DNA of 64,000 nt from NCBI GenBank assembly GCA_036339375.1, contig JAYZBC010000066.1, forward strand, positions 11,206 through 75,205. The letters are read 5' to 3'. The translations under genes were made by a program, and so were the position numbers. The DNA comes from Pseudomonadota bacterium. GTDB taxonomy: Bacteria; Pseudomonadota; Alphaproteobacteria; MPNO01; UBA2964. Within the stretch, counting starts at the first letter, position 1. Each line of letters starts with the position of its first letter. Positions 10,689 to 19,766 of the stretch are shown in pieces. Below the pieces are notes generated by a model, which searched no databases, was not told the DNA's origin, and worked only from the letters and a program-made list of their open reading frames with translations.

Positions 10689-11984
10689 CTAATTTTTTTT
10701 AGATGCAACTCCAGATACCGGTGGATTTTCTAATGCCTCCTTCAGATCGTCACGCCGTTTGAACGTCCAAAACCACAAACAAATGCAAATCACGGCGCCA
10801 AAAATAACCGGCCAACGTAAACCAACATAATCACCCGCCCACCCCATTAATAATGAACCCAGTGAAGGACAACCTCTAGACACTGCACCATATAAGCTAA
10901 TAACTCGCCCACGAATGTAGTCATCAACAGCCGCTTGAATAAGAGTTTGTTCCCCTGTGCCAGCAACTGTCATACTAAAACCTGCTACAAAAACAGAGCC
11001 AACTGCGATATAAAATTTTGTCGTACTTGCAAAAATTATTAATACAACTGCAAGAATTAAAATGTTTGATATAACGATTGATGTTAAACCTTTTATTTGA
11101 CCCCGCTGTGCTAACCAAAATCCACCCATTACCGCCCCTAACCCAACAGAAGAAACCAAAATGCCTAAAGCATCAGGACCTAGGCCGAAAACACTATCAA
11201 CAAAACCAGAAAACAGATCTATGTAGGTCCTTCCGAACACGCCAACGATAAACAAAACAAACATAAGCACACCAATTCCAGGATGAGAAAAGGTATACTT
11301 GAAACCAGCTTTAATTTCGTTGGGTATTTCTTTTAGTGGTGCTAAACTTCTGGGTAAGGCATGTGCACCCAGACGGATTATGATTAAAGCAACCGCAAAG
11401 ATAGCGCTAGCCACCGCATTAAAAGCAAAAACTATACCAACACCTACAACCCATGCTTCTTCTCCACTCAATGCTATGATGCCTCCTGCAATTGCAGGTC
11501 CGCCCACGCGTGCAACATTGAAAACAAGAGAGTTGATGGCAACCGCTGACGCCAATCTTTGACGATTAACCATATTTGGGACTATCACAAGCCTTACTGG
11601 ATGGTTGATTGCGAGAACCAAACCCAATACAAGAGTGAGGGAAAAAACCTTTTCTATTGAAACAAATTCATCCAAACAAAAAAATGCAAGGATGGTCGCT
11701 TGCAAGGTTGTAAATGCCATCGCAAAACGCATCATTCCCAACCTATTGACCCTTTCGGTAATCGCACCTGCTAGAGGCGCTAATACTACTGTGGGAAACA
11801 AGTCAGCCAAAGCAATCGCCCCAAGCCAAAAAGTTGATCCCGTCAACTTCCAGGTAAGCCACTGCAGAGCAATTCGATAGGCCCACATCCCAAAGTGTGA
11901 ACAAATATTGCCAACCGTATATATAAGGTAATTGCGGTCTCCCAACGCATGAGTCATGGGATTAAAACGACTAAGTAGTTTCAT
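10689..11984 (-). CDS. MFS transporter
   Basis: About 12 hydrophobic segments; AVAINSLVFNVARVGGPAIAG and RGRVISLY motifs. Confidence 0.88.
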   Translation of the reverse strand: MKLLSRFNPMTHALGDRNYLIYTVGNICSHFGMWAYRIALQWLTWKLTGSTFWLGAIALADLFPTVVLAPLAGAITERVNRLGMMRFAMAFTTLQATILAFFCLDEFVSIEKVFSLTLVLGLVLAINHPVRLVIVPNMVNRQRLASAVAINSLVFNVARVGGPAIAGGIIALSGEEAWVVGVGIVFAFNAVASAIFAVALIIIRLGAHALPRSLAPLKEIPNEIKAGFKYTFSHPGIGVLMFVLFIVGVFGRTYIDLFSGFVDSVFGLGPDALGILVSSVGLGAVMGGFWLAQRGQIKGLTSIVISNILILAVVLIIFASTTKFYIAVGSVFVAGFSMTVAGTGEQTLIQAAVDDYIRGRVISLYGAVSRGCPSLGSLLMGWAGDYVGLRWPVIFGAVICICLWFWTFKRRDDLKEALENPPVSGVASKKN

Positions 11985-12127
11985 TTTAAATATCTATTAT
12001 CTTTCTGATGGGAGAACTCAAACCTAAACCAAATTTTTATCTTATTTCTAAGTTACAAGCGTTCTTCAATAGGTTGTCGACTGAATAGAGCCTTGATAAG
12101 TTGATAACGAAAACTGGAGTACCTTCA

Positions 12128-12265
12128 ATGTTCAAAGAAATTACACATTTTGTTAACGGCAAAGAAATGCCGGGGAGCTCTGGGCGATTTGGAAGAGTAT
12201 ATAACCCCGCTACTGGACAAGCTACAGGACAGGTACCTTTCGCAAATCAAAAAGAAGTAGATGCC
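12128..12265 (+). pseudogene. N-terminal remnant (46 codons) of a methylmalonate-semialdehyde dehydrogenase-type ALDH
   Basis: GGAG RBS, then MFKEITHFVNGKEMPGSSGRFGRVYNPATGQATGQVPFANQKEVDA, the typical MmsA/IolA N-terminus; similarity stops abruptly. Confidence 0.75.
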
Positions 12266-12359
12266 AACTCTAAGATAGAAATTAATTTAGTTCCAAAAAA
12301 CCTTGACGATTTTGGTTCCGACAGCACTAATGCATTCCCACAACTTAAAAGAAGGTACT

Positions 12360-12578
12360 ATGGCAAAAGAAGAGCTCCTCGAATTTTCTGGCACCGTTAT
12401 GGAACGGTTGCCGAATGCGATGTTCAAAGTAAAGCTTGAGAACGGACATGAAGTGTTGGCCCACACAGCCGGCAAAATGCGTAAATTTCGTATCCGCGTT
12501 TTGGAAGGGGACCAGGTTGATGTTGAAATGACACCATATGACCTGGAAAAAGCCCGAATTATCTTCCGCCACAAATAA
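12360..12578 (+). CDS. infA: translation initiation factor IF-1
   Basis: [48 protein letters not shown]; GAAGG RBS; ATG at 12360. Confidence 0.98.
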   Translation: MAKEELLEFSGTVMERLPNAMFKVKLENGHEVLAHTAGKMRKFRIRVLEGDQVDVEMTPYDLEKARIIFRHK

Positions 12579-12636
12579 AGTTTGTCACCCGTTTTTTTTG
12601 AACTAATACGCTCTTATATTTGGGTAAAGAAAAGAA

Positions 12637-12664
12637 TCTCCTTACAAACGAGGGGACTTTTTTA
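12637..12664 (+). terminator. possible weak intrinsic terminator after infA
   Basis: TCTCCTT-acaaac-GAGGGGA stem (two G-U pairs) followed by a T run. Confidence 0.3.
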
Positions 12665-12720
12665 TCTAAAACTAAAATTTCAATTTCTCAAGACGAATTT
12701 GGAGCCTTAACAGAAACCTT

Positions 12721-13941
12721 ATGACCCCACGAACCTGGCGGACTCCGATTGTAATACTTGTTGCAGCAACCCTCATTCTGTTGCTTTCCTTTGGTTCACG
12801 ACAAACCTTTGGCTTGTTTTTAGCCCCTATTTCAAAAGCCCATAATTGGGAAATTGGCGTTTTTTCATTTGCAATGGCTTTGCAAACACTAATTTGGGGT
12901 TTATCGCAACCTTTTTGGGGGAACATTGCTGATCGATTTGGTGCAGGTCGTGTAGTTAGTTTAGGATTAGTTTTTTATGCGACCGGCCTTTGGTTAATGG
13001 CCCTATCAACCTCTCCCTTGGAAATTACGCTTACAACTGGTTTGTTGACGGGGGTTGGAATGAGTGCGACCAGTTTTCCCATAATTTTGGCTGTAGTTGG
13101 ACGAAGCGTCCCCGAGAAAAGACGTAGCATGTTCCTGGGAATTGCTAGTGCGGGCGGATCATCAGGACAGGTCCTTGTTGTGCCTTTTGCACAATATTTC
13201 ATTTCAGACCTTGGGTACGCGAGTGCGCTAATTACTTTAGCGATTTGCATGTTCCTAATTGTTCCTCTAGCTGCCTCTATTTCAGGAAAACCGCAAACAC
13301 CAGCTGGTGAAAACAACATCAGACAAAGTACTCGCGAAGCTATTGGAGAGGCGATGACCCACCGGGGTTATGTATTGCTCGTTACTGCGTTTTTCGTTTG
13401 CGGTTTCCAAACAATGTTTATAGGTGCTCACTTACCTAATTATTTGGAAAAGTCCGGAATTGACGCAAATATAGCTGCAACATCTTTGGCCCTGATTGGG
13501 CTTTTTAACATTATTGGCTGTTTTATATGGGGAGCGCTTGGCGGTCGGTACAGTAAAAAATTAATGCTCGCCCTACTCTATATTGCACGTTCGATTGGAA
13601 TTACTGTGTTTATTGCGCTCCCTATTACAGATACCAGTGCAATTTTATTCGCGTCTTTTATAGGTTTACTATGGCTAGGCACAGTGCCTTTAACCAGCGG
13701 ACTTGTGGCACAAATATTTGGAACTCGGTATATGGCCATGTTATATGGATTTGCGTTTACCAGTCACCAGGTGGGGAGTTTTTTAGGAATTTGGTTCGGG
13801 GGTGTCGCTTTTGACGCAACAGGGAATTATGATGCAATCTGGTGGGGAGCAATTATTTTAGGCATTGTAGCTGCAATTATGCACTGGCCAATTGACGAGA
13901 GGCCATTGGTTCGCTCCACTACACAGGAACTAAAAACGTAA
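12721..13941 (+). CDS. MFS transporter (paralog 1 of 3)
   Basis: FGSRQTFGLFL, ADRFG, FFVCGFQ and GTVPLTSGLVAQIFG motifs. Confidence 0.9.
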   Translation: MTPRTWRTPIVILVAATLILLLSFGSRQTFGLFLAPISKAHNWEIGVFSFAMALQTLIWGLSQPFWGNIADRFGAGRVVSLGLVFYATGLWLMALSTSPLEITLTTGLLTGVGMSATSFPIILAVVGRSVPEKRRSMFLGIASAGGSSGQVLVVPFAQYFISDLGYASALITLAICMFLIVPLAASISGKPQTPAGENNIRQSTREAIGEAMTHRGYVLLVTAFFVCGFQTMFIGAHLPNYLEKSGIDANIAATSLALIGLFNIIGCFIWGALGGRYSKKLMLALLYIARSIGITVFIALPITDTSAILFASFIGLLWLGTVPLTSGLVAQIFGTRYMAMLYGFAFTSHQVGSFLGIWFGGVAFDATGNYDAIWWGAIILGIVAAIMHWPIDERPLVRSTTQELKT

Positions 13942-13967
13942 AATTTCTGGTTATTAGAAGGTATTGA

Positions 13968-15185
13968 ATGTCACGGCCACCTTGGAGAAATCCCTACATA
14001 GTTTTAATTTTTTGTACATTAACAATCCTTATTTCGTACGGAACGCGTCAAAGCTTTGGTTTGTTTTTGATCCCCATAAGTGATGCCATTAGCCCTGGCC
14101 GAGTTGAACCTTTCTCATTTGCTGTGAGCCTCCAGACCCTAATTGTAGGCCTTAGCGTACCCTTCGTTTCAGCGATCGCTGACAAATGGTTGGGTCCAAT
14201 AAAAATGTTAGTCATGGGGGGTACACTTTATGCTTTGGGTATGGTCTTACTTAGTTATTCCACTACAGAATTACACTTAACTCTGAGTGTTGGTGTGTTA
14301 AGCGGCCTGGCAGCGGCCGGTTGTGGTATTCCAATGCTTCTTTCGGTTGTGGGTAGAGTAGCCCCGGAAGAACGTCGGAGTTTATGGCTCGGTATTGTAT
14401 CGGCAGGTGGTACCGGTGGGCAGATGTTTCTGGTTCCATTAAATGGTTTCCTCTTGGAAAGGATGGATTGGTCCGATGCTATTCTAATCGTCGCTGCGTT
14501 TATATTGGCCATTGTCCCGATGGCGCTAATTTCCGGCAAAGCAAGTGGCGAATCTCTAAATCAAGAAAAAGATACACAAACACTCGGTCAGGCTTTAAAA
14601 GAAGCCCAAAGAAATCGAAGCTATTGGTATCTTTGTATCGGTTTTTTTACATGCGGTTTTCAAGTTCAGTTTGTTGTTACCCATTTACCAAAATATTTGC
14701 AAGACACGGGTTCAGGAGTGACTATAGGCGCCCAGGCAATTGCTCTAATTGGATTAACAAATGTCATCGGCACAGCAATCGCTGGAAAACTTGGGGGCCA
14801 TTACAAGAAAAAGGATTTATTAATGGGGCTTTATATAGGCCGGTCTCTTGTTATGTTGGCTTTCTTTGTTGCCCCCTTAAGCCAAATGTCTGTTTATATC
14901 TTTGCCTCTTGCATCGGTTTTTTATGGTTAGCTACTGTTCCATTAACGGCGGGGCTGATTTCAGGTTTTTTTGGCCCCCGGTACATGGCAACACTTTACG
15001 CAATAGCATTTTTAAGCCATCAAGTTGGAGGATTTTTAAGTACTTGGATGGGGGGAGTAATCCGTGACGCAACAGGATCTTATGATGCATGGTGGTGGAT
15101 CATAATTGCTGGTGGTGCACTGGCAGCTCTGGCACACTACCCGATCAATGAGACACCCGTAAAAAAACTAGCAACTCAATCATAA
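13968..15185 (+). CDS. MFS transporter (paralog 2 of 3)
   Basis: YGTRQSFGLFL, FFTCGFQ and ATVPLTAGLISGFFG motifs. Confidence 0.9.
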   Translation: MSRPPWRNPYIVLIFCTLTILISYGTRQSFGLFLIPISDAISPGRVEPFSFAVSLQTLIVGLSVPFVSAIADKWLGPIKMLVMGGTLYALGMVLLSYSTTELHLTLSVGVLSGLAAAGCGIPMLLSVVGRVAPEERRSLWLGIVSAGGTGGQMFLVPLNGFLLERMDWSDAILIVAAFILAIVPMALISGKASGESLNQEKDTQTLGQALKEAQRNRSYWYLCIGFFTCGFQVQFVVTHLPKYLQDTGSGVTIGAQAIALIGLTNVIGTAIAGKLGGHYKKKDLLMGLYIGRSLVMLAFFVAPLSQMSVYIFASCIGFLWLATVPLTAGLISGFFGPRYMATLYAIAFLSHQVGGFLSTWMGGVIRDATGSYDAWWWIIIAGGALAALAHYPINETPVKKLATQS

Positions 15186-15193
15186 AAAAATAA

Positions 15194-16435
15194 ATGTTGG
15201 AAAAAATTATGCCCAAAGGTTTTTGGCGTAGTCCCTATTTTGTTGTCTTGTGTGCAGTTTTTATTATTTTGTTTGCATATGGTGGCAGGCAAAGTATGGG
15301 GATGTTTCTCCGGCCCATAACAGAGGGTATGGGATGGGGGGAGGATGTCCGTGTCATGTCATTTGCAACCGGGCTCCAATCTCTGGTTTATGGCTGTGCA
15401 GCACCCTTTTTTGGAGCGATTGCGGATCGGTGGGGTCCCATCAAGGTGCTTATTCTCTCATCAATTATTTATGCCTTTGGACTGTTTTTGATGTCTCAGT
15501 CTACAGGGGAAACAGGTTTGATTTTTAGTGTGGGATTTTTAACCGGAATAGGTGCCGCAGGGATTTCACTCCCAATGCTCCTTTCAATTGTCGGGCGTGT
15601 TGCGCCCGAAAGCCGCCGTACCTTCTGGCTCGCAATTGTGGTTTCCGGAGGCACCCTCGGTCAAATGTTAATTGTTCCCCTTAGTCATTACATGATCTCA
15701 CATTGGGGCTGGGTTTTGGCGGCAATTGTCCTCTCTGTATCCGCTTTAACGGTAATACCACTCACTTTATGTATGAAACATGCTGCAAGCGAAATTCTTA
15801 ATAAAAAGGATAAACAAAGCCTCGGCCAGGCAATCAAAGAAGCGAAAAATCACCGGGGTTTTTGGTTGCTTGTCATAGGGTTTTTTGTATGCGGTTTTCA
15901 AGTTCAATTTATTAATAATCACCTTGAAAATTATTTAAACGCTACAACGGTTGGGGGAGCTATGGCCGCAACAGCCATAGCATTAATCGGTTTATTTAAT
16001 ATGATTGGAACGCAAACTGCTGGCTGGCTTGGGGGTAGGTTCCGGTCAAAATATTTGCTGGCCAATATTTACACGTTGCGATCTTTGCTTTTTTTGGCGT
16101 TTTTCCTTATTCCGGTTAGCAAGTTAAGTGTAGTTATCTTTTCGTGCTTAGTTGGATTGCTTTGGTTAGCGACGGTCCCGCTAACTTCCGGAATCGTTGC
16201 GCAAATTTTTGGACCGCGTTATTTGGCGACACTTTATGGTGTCGTTTTTCTCAGTCATCAAATTGGTAGTTTTTCAAGCGTTTGGCTTGGGGGCATCATC
16301 CGGACCTATACAGGTAGTTACGACTACGCCTGGTATATGATAATTTTTTCAGGGTTCATTGCGGCTTTAATTCACTGCCCAATAGATGACAAACCCATTA
16401 AAAGGATCACTGAAGGACAGGCCGCAACTGCATAA
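15194..16435 (+). CDS. MFS transporter (paralog 3 of 3)
   Basis: YGGRQSMGMFL, FFVCGFQ and ATVPLTSGIVAQIFG motifs. Confidence 0.9.
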   Translation: MLEKIMPKGFWRSPYFVVLCAVFIILFAYGGRQSMGMFLRPITEGMGWGEDVRVMSFATGLQSLVYGCAAPFFGAIADRWGPIKVLILSSIIYAFGLFLMSQSTGETGLIFSVGFLTGIGAAGISLPMLLSIVGRVAPESRRTFWLAIVVSGGTLGQMLIVPLSHYMISHWGWVLAAIVLSVSALTVIPLTLCMKHAASEILNKKDKQSLGQAIKEAKNHRGFWLLVIGFFVCGFQVQFINNHLENYLNATTVGGAMAATAIALIGLFNMIGTQTAGWLGGRFRSKYLLANIYTLRSLLFLAFFLIPVSKLSVVIFSCLVGLLWLATVPLTSGIVAQIFGPRYLATLYGVVFLSHQIGSFSSVWLGGIIRTYTGSYDYAWYMIIFSGFIAALIHCPIDDKPIKRITEGQAATA

Positions 16436-16441
16436 ATTACT

Positions 16442-17293
16442 TTAAGGCTGATAATAAGGATTGGTGCCACCAGCATGGTCAGTCGTATCTAAAACTTCCT
16501 GAATTGTTGGCACAACTTTCTTTATTTCTACTTCAACCCCTTGCTTTAAAGTTTCATTCGCCATACCACACCCCTGACATCCCCCTTCCATACGGATGTA
16601 TGCGCGTGTATCGACAACATCAATAAGCGAAATATGACCACCATGACCTGCAACAGAGGGGTTAATCCGAGACACCAGCAGGTCTTGTATTGCCTTTGCC
16701 TCTTCCGTTTCTAATCCTGGTTTTAGGGAAGCATCTCTCCAATCCGCCACATTTTTAATTTCTGGAATGTAATGGCGAAGCATATTTTCCATGCCACTCA
16801 TTAACTGAAATGCGCCACCTTTAAATTCAAAATAAGCTGTTCCTTCGTTGTAACCTCGGAAAATAATATCTCCTCCACTCTGAGCTGCCGCTGGGCGAAT
16901 TCTAGTTTCTATCAGTTCTTTAATTTCAACCACGATCGGGTCACTTTCATCCAACTCTAATTCGTCCTCTAGTCCAAGTTCCTTTTCAGGAGAGACACCA
17001 TTTTTTTCCACTAATACTGCGGGTTGGCCAGAAACAAAGTGATCCATAATAGCTCCTAAAACCGCCGGCTTAAGTGTTAGCCAATCCACCTCTGTCATTT
17101 TGGTTACAGAAACAGAATCCACACCTATTTCAACTGCTTTAACATCAGAAATTTTAAATAATCGGTCTGCAAGTGGTGAATTGAAAGCTTTTTCCGAATT
17201 CCCAAAAAACAATGGGCCCTCCGGATAAACAGTTTCACCAGGAATAAATCTAATTGTATCAGAGTTATCTGTGGTTTCCGTTTGAATAAACAT
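16442..17293 (-). CDS. Nfu-type Fe-S carrier: Nfu_N + Cys-less NifU-like domain + CxxC NfuA-like domain
   Basis: MFIQTE N-terminus, SPLADRLF, RIRP..GGDI repeat without CxxC, then INPSVAGHGG...GGCQGC...DTTDH..G.NPYY. Confidence 0.88.
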   Translation of the reverse strand: MFIQTETTDNSDTIRFIPGETVYPEGPLFFGNSEKAFNSPLADRLFKISDVKAVEIGVDSVSVTKMTEVDWLTLKPAVLGAIMDHFVSGQPAVLVEKNGVSPEKELGLEDELELDESDPIVVEIKELIETRIRPAAAQSGGDIIFRGYNEGTAYFEFKGGAFQLMSGMENMLRHYIPEIKNVADWRDASLKPGLETEEAKAIQDLLVSRINPSVAGHGGHISLIDVVDTRAYIRMEGGCQGCGMANETLKQGVEVEIKKVVPTIQEVLDTTDHAGGTNPYYQP

Positions 17294-17419
17294 TTTCGAG
17301 CCTATGAATATTTTAAAATAGTTTTTTCAAAATCAAATTATACTTTGTTTTTGGTATCGCCAAAAGGTTTTTCAACTTTGTACCAGTCAAAGCTGAATTA
17401 ATTTTTCTTATACTTAGAG

Positions 17420-18331
17420 TTAAAAACGGTAGTTAATATCGGGAAGCATTGCTTCATTCACAATTCCGTTGTTTATTTCTGTACGACGTTTTTGACGATA
17501 TATGCTCCGGACTGCCGCGTAATAGTGGACAGATGTTTTCTTCAATCTATCAAGTTCGTCCATAACGCTAGAATATTGATCTACATAGTCCGCCGTCATC
17601 CGCGCATAAATCCATTCCTCTTGATCGAAATTGTACATCCAGCGCGAAACGGGATCAAAATAACCCCCAACCAACTTACCAAAAGCGTCACGAGGGTTTG
17701 AAGGACCCAAAACGGGCAGAAAAAGATAAAAACCTTCTGGTACGCCCCAAACAGCTAATGTTTGCCCTAAGTCCTCTTTATGTCCTTCTATACCCCAAGT
17801 TTTAGCGACATCTATTATACCTCCCAACCCTATCGTTGTATTGATAGAAAACCTTTTTGTAGTATCCCAAGCACGTTCAGTTTCACCTTGCAGAACATCA
17901 TTGGCAAACACCGCTGGGGCCCTTAAATTATTCAAAAAGTTTCGTAAACCCTTCCGAATTATTTGTGGGAAAAAGTTTGTGTAAATTATAGAAATCGGCC
18001 GAACAACCACGGCATTCAAAACCTCATTGAACTCAAACATCATTTTATTGAAAGGTTCCAATGGATCATTTGTTTCTTCAACATCCGATTTTTTAGAAAT
18101 TCCTGTTTCAGACTCAAGTTTTTTTGTTTCATTGTGCATTACAGCGGTTAGTTTGATGGTGTTTAGGTTTGAATTTCCGTTAATGGTAGAATTAATACTA
18201 TTTTTTGGAATTTGTTTTAGGTGGTTTAATTTAGTTGCTGCTTCCAAATTGGTACAAAGCAACATACTTGTTGAAAATCCCACAAAGAAGGCAACTTTAT
18301 AACTAATTTGCATTTTCGAGTGCCAGTACAT
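17420..18331 (-). CDS. mlaA: VacJ/MlaA-family protein
   Basis: DPLEPFNKMMFEFN, RFSINTTIGLGG, EDLGQTLAVWGV and LPVLGPS motifs; exact start uncertain. Confidence 0.88.
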   Translation of the reverse strand: MYWHSKMQISYKVAFFVGFSTSMLLCTNLEAATKLNHLKQIPKNSINSTINGNSNLNTIKLTAVMHNETKKLESETGISKKSDVEETNDPLEPFNKMMFEFNEVLNAVVVRPISIIYTNFFPQIIRKGLRNFLNNLRAPAVFANDVLQGETERAWDTTKRFSINTTIGLGGIIDVAKTWGIEGHKEDLGQTLAVWGVPEGFYLFLPVLGPSNPRDAFGKLVGGYFDPVSRWMYNFDQEEWIYARMTADYVDQYSSVMDELDRLKKTSVHYYAAVRSIYRQKRRTEINNGIVNEAMLPDINYRF

Positions 18332-18505
18332 TTAATTTCCTTAAAATTTTTGCAAAAATGCAAATACAGTGTAAATGGTTCCATTTAAACTATGGTTTTA
18401 CTGTAGTGAATGGACCTAACTAAAGCAATATAATTGGGTTTTTTGATTTAAATTTAAACAAATTTGGATTTAAAAAACTGTTAAATCGGACTAGATACAA
18501 ATACA

Positions 18506-19360
18506 TTAGATACTAAAATTTTTAATCATATAACGGAATAAAATTTCTACCTTTTCATATTTTGTAAGAAAAACTGGTTCATCCAGTTGCCGCCATCCTC
18601 GTTTGATTAATTTCTCCAATAAGTATTGGTAATTTTGCATCATTATTATGGCTGGGCGTATCTTTCGCACCTCACATTTTGCCAACAGGTTCATAGCCTC
18701 TTGATACCTAGATTTAGTAATCTTGGTAAAATCACTACAAAGAGATGGAAAGTTTGGGTGTCCAATTATTTTTTTTGGTTCAGTTATTGGAATGCGAAAT
18801 TTTGAGAGCATATCAAGGGGGATGTATAGCCTATCTTTTTCTGCGTCTTCATAAAGATCCCGTAAAATATTAGTCAATTGAAGTGCTTGTCCTAAGGAAA
18901 ATGCGAGTGGCTCTACCATTGAATTTTGCACACCAAAAATTTGATTTGAAAGGCGTCCAACTGAACACGCAACACAGTTACAGTAACTTTCCAGATCCGA
19001 AAATGTCGGCATTCGGACCTGCCCTGCTGAATCTTTTTCCATTCCTTCAATCAACGATAAGAACGTTTCTTTCCTCAAATGATATTTCGTAATGGGCTCA
19101 AGTAAGGCTATTGAAATTGGCCTATTTGGATTACCCAAATAAACAGATTCAATTTCTTGTCTCCACTGGTCAAGACCACTAAGCTTTTCGTTTTTGTCAC
19201 CAGGAAGATCAGCAATATCATCTACTTCACGACAAAACGCATAGACAGCATACATCGCATTTCTTTGGTCAGCAGGTAGTACTCGCATTGCCCAGTAAAA
19301 TGTTGTGCGAGACTTACGTACAACGGATGTTACGTGCTTACGGGCTCTTTCTCTGTCCAT
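18506..19360 (-). CDS. hpnD: presqualene diphosphate synthase (squalene/phytoene synthase family)
   Basis: TFYWAMRVLP...AMYAVYAFCREVDDIAD and ALQLTNILRDLYEDA..RLYIP, typical of HpnD. Confidence 0.82.
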   Translation of the reverse strand: MDRERARKHVTSVVRKSRTTFYWAMRVLPADQRNAMYAVYAFCREVDDIADLPGDKNEKLSGLDQWRQEIESVYLGNPNRPISIALLEPITKYHLRKETFLSLIEGMEKDSAGQVRMPTFSDLESYCNCVACSVGRLSNQIFGVQNSMVEPLAFSLGQALQLTNILRDLYEDAEKDRLYIPLDMLSKFRIPITEPKKIIGHPNFPSLCSDFTKITKSRYQEAMNLLAKCEVRKIRPAIIMMQNYQYLLEKLIKRGWRQLDEPVFLTKYEKVEILFRYMIKNFSI

Positions 19361-19672
19361 TCGAAATCAAAGATTATTTTTTCTGTTACAATTTCACTTA
19401 AAAATTCCAAGAAATAACTTTTAGGGCCTTTCCAAGTAACCCTTTTAATAAATCCAATGGTAGGATCATTCCATCAAAAAAACATCGAAGAAAACAACAA
19501 GAACAAATCATACAAAATTTTTAACCAGTAAAAAAGGAATGCAAAATTTAACAAGTAAAAATTTTATTAAATAATATGTAAAAGGAATATTACCCGATTT
19601 TGTTAGAAAAAGTGTCTATCGGTTATTGAGCACAGGAGGTAGAAGCTGTTTTTCGGGTATGTTAAAATCAGA

Positions 19673-19760
19673 TTTGGTGTAGCAAAAGAATATATCGCTG
19701 TGGGACTATCTTATTGAAAAATATGATTTCTCACTTTTGGTGTAGAAAAGGTGTAGAAGA
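19673..19760 (+). repeat. short direct repeats upstream of the oxoprolinase gene
   Basis: TTTGGTGTAGCAAAAG (19673-19688), TTTGGTGTAGAAAAG (19736-19750) and an abutting partial copy GGTGTAGAAG. Confidence 0.5.
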
Positions 19761-19766
19761 GTAACG

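Noticed and set aside
14384-15067. 227-aa same-strand alternative-frame ORF inside MFS paralog 2
   Set aside because: No recognisable motifs. Hydrophobic membrane-protein codons rarely create stops in this frame, and the paralogs show no equivalent long ORF in the track.
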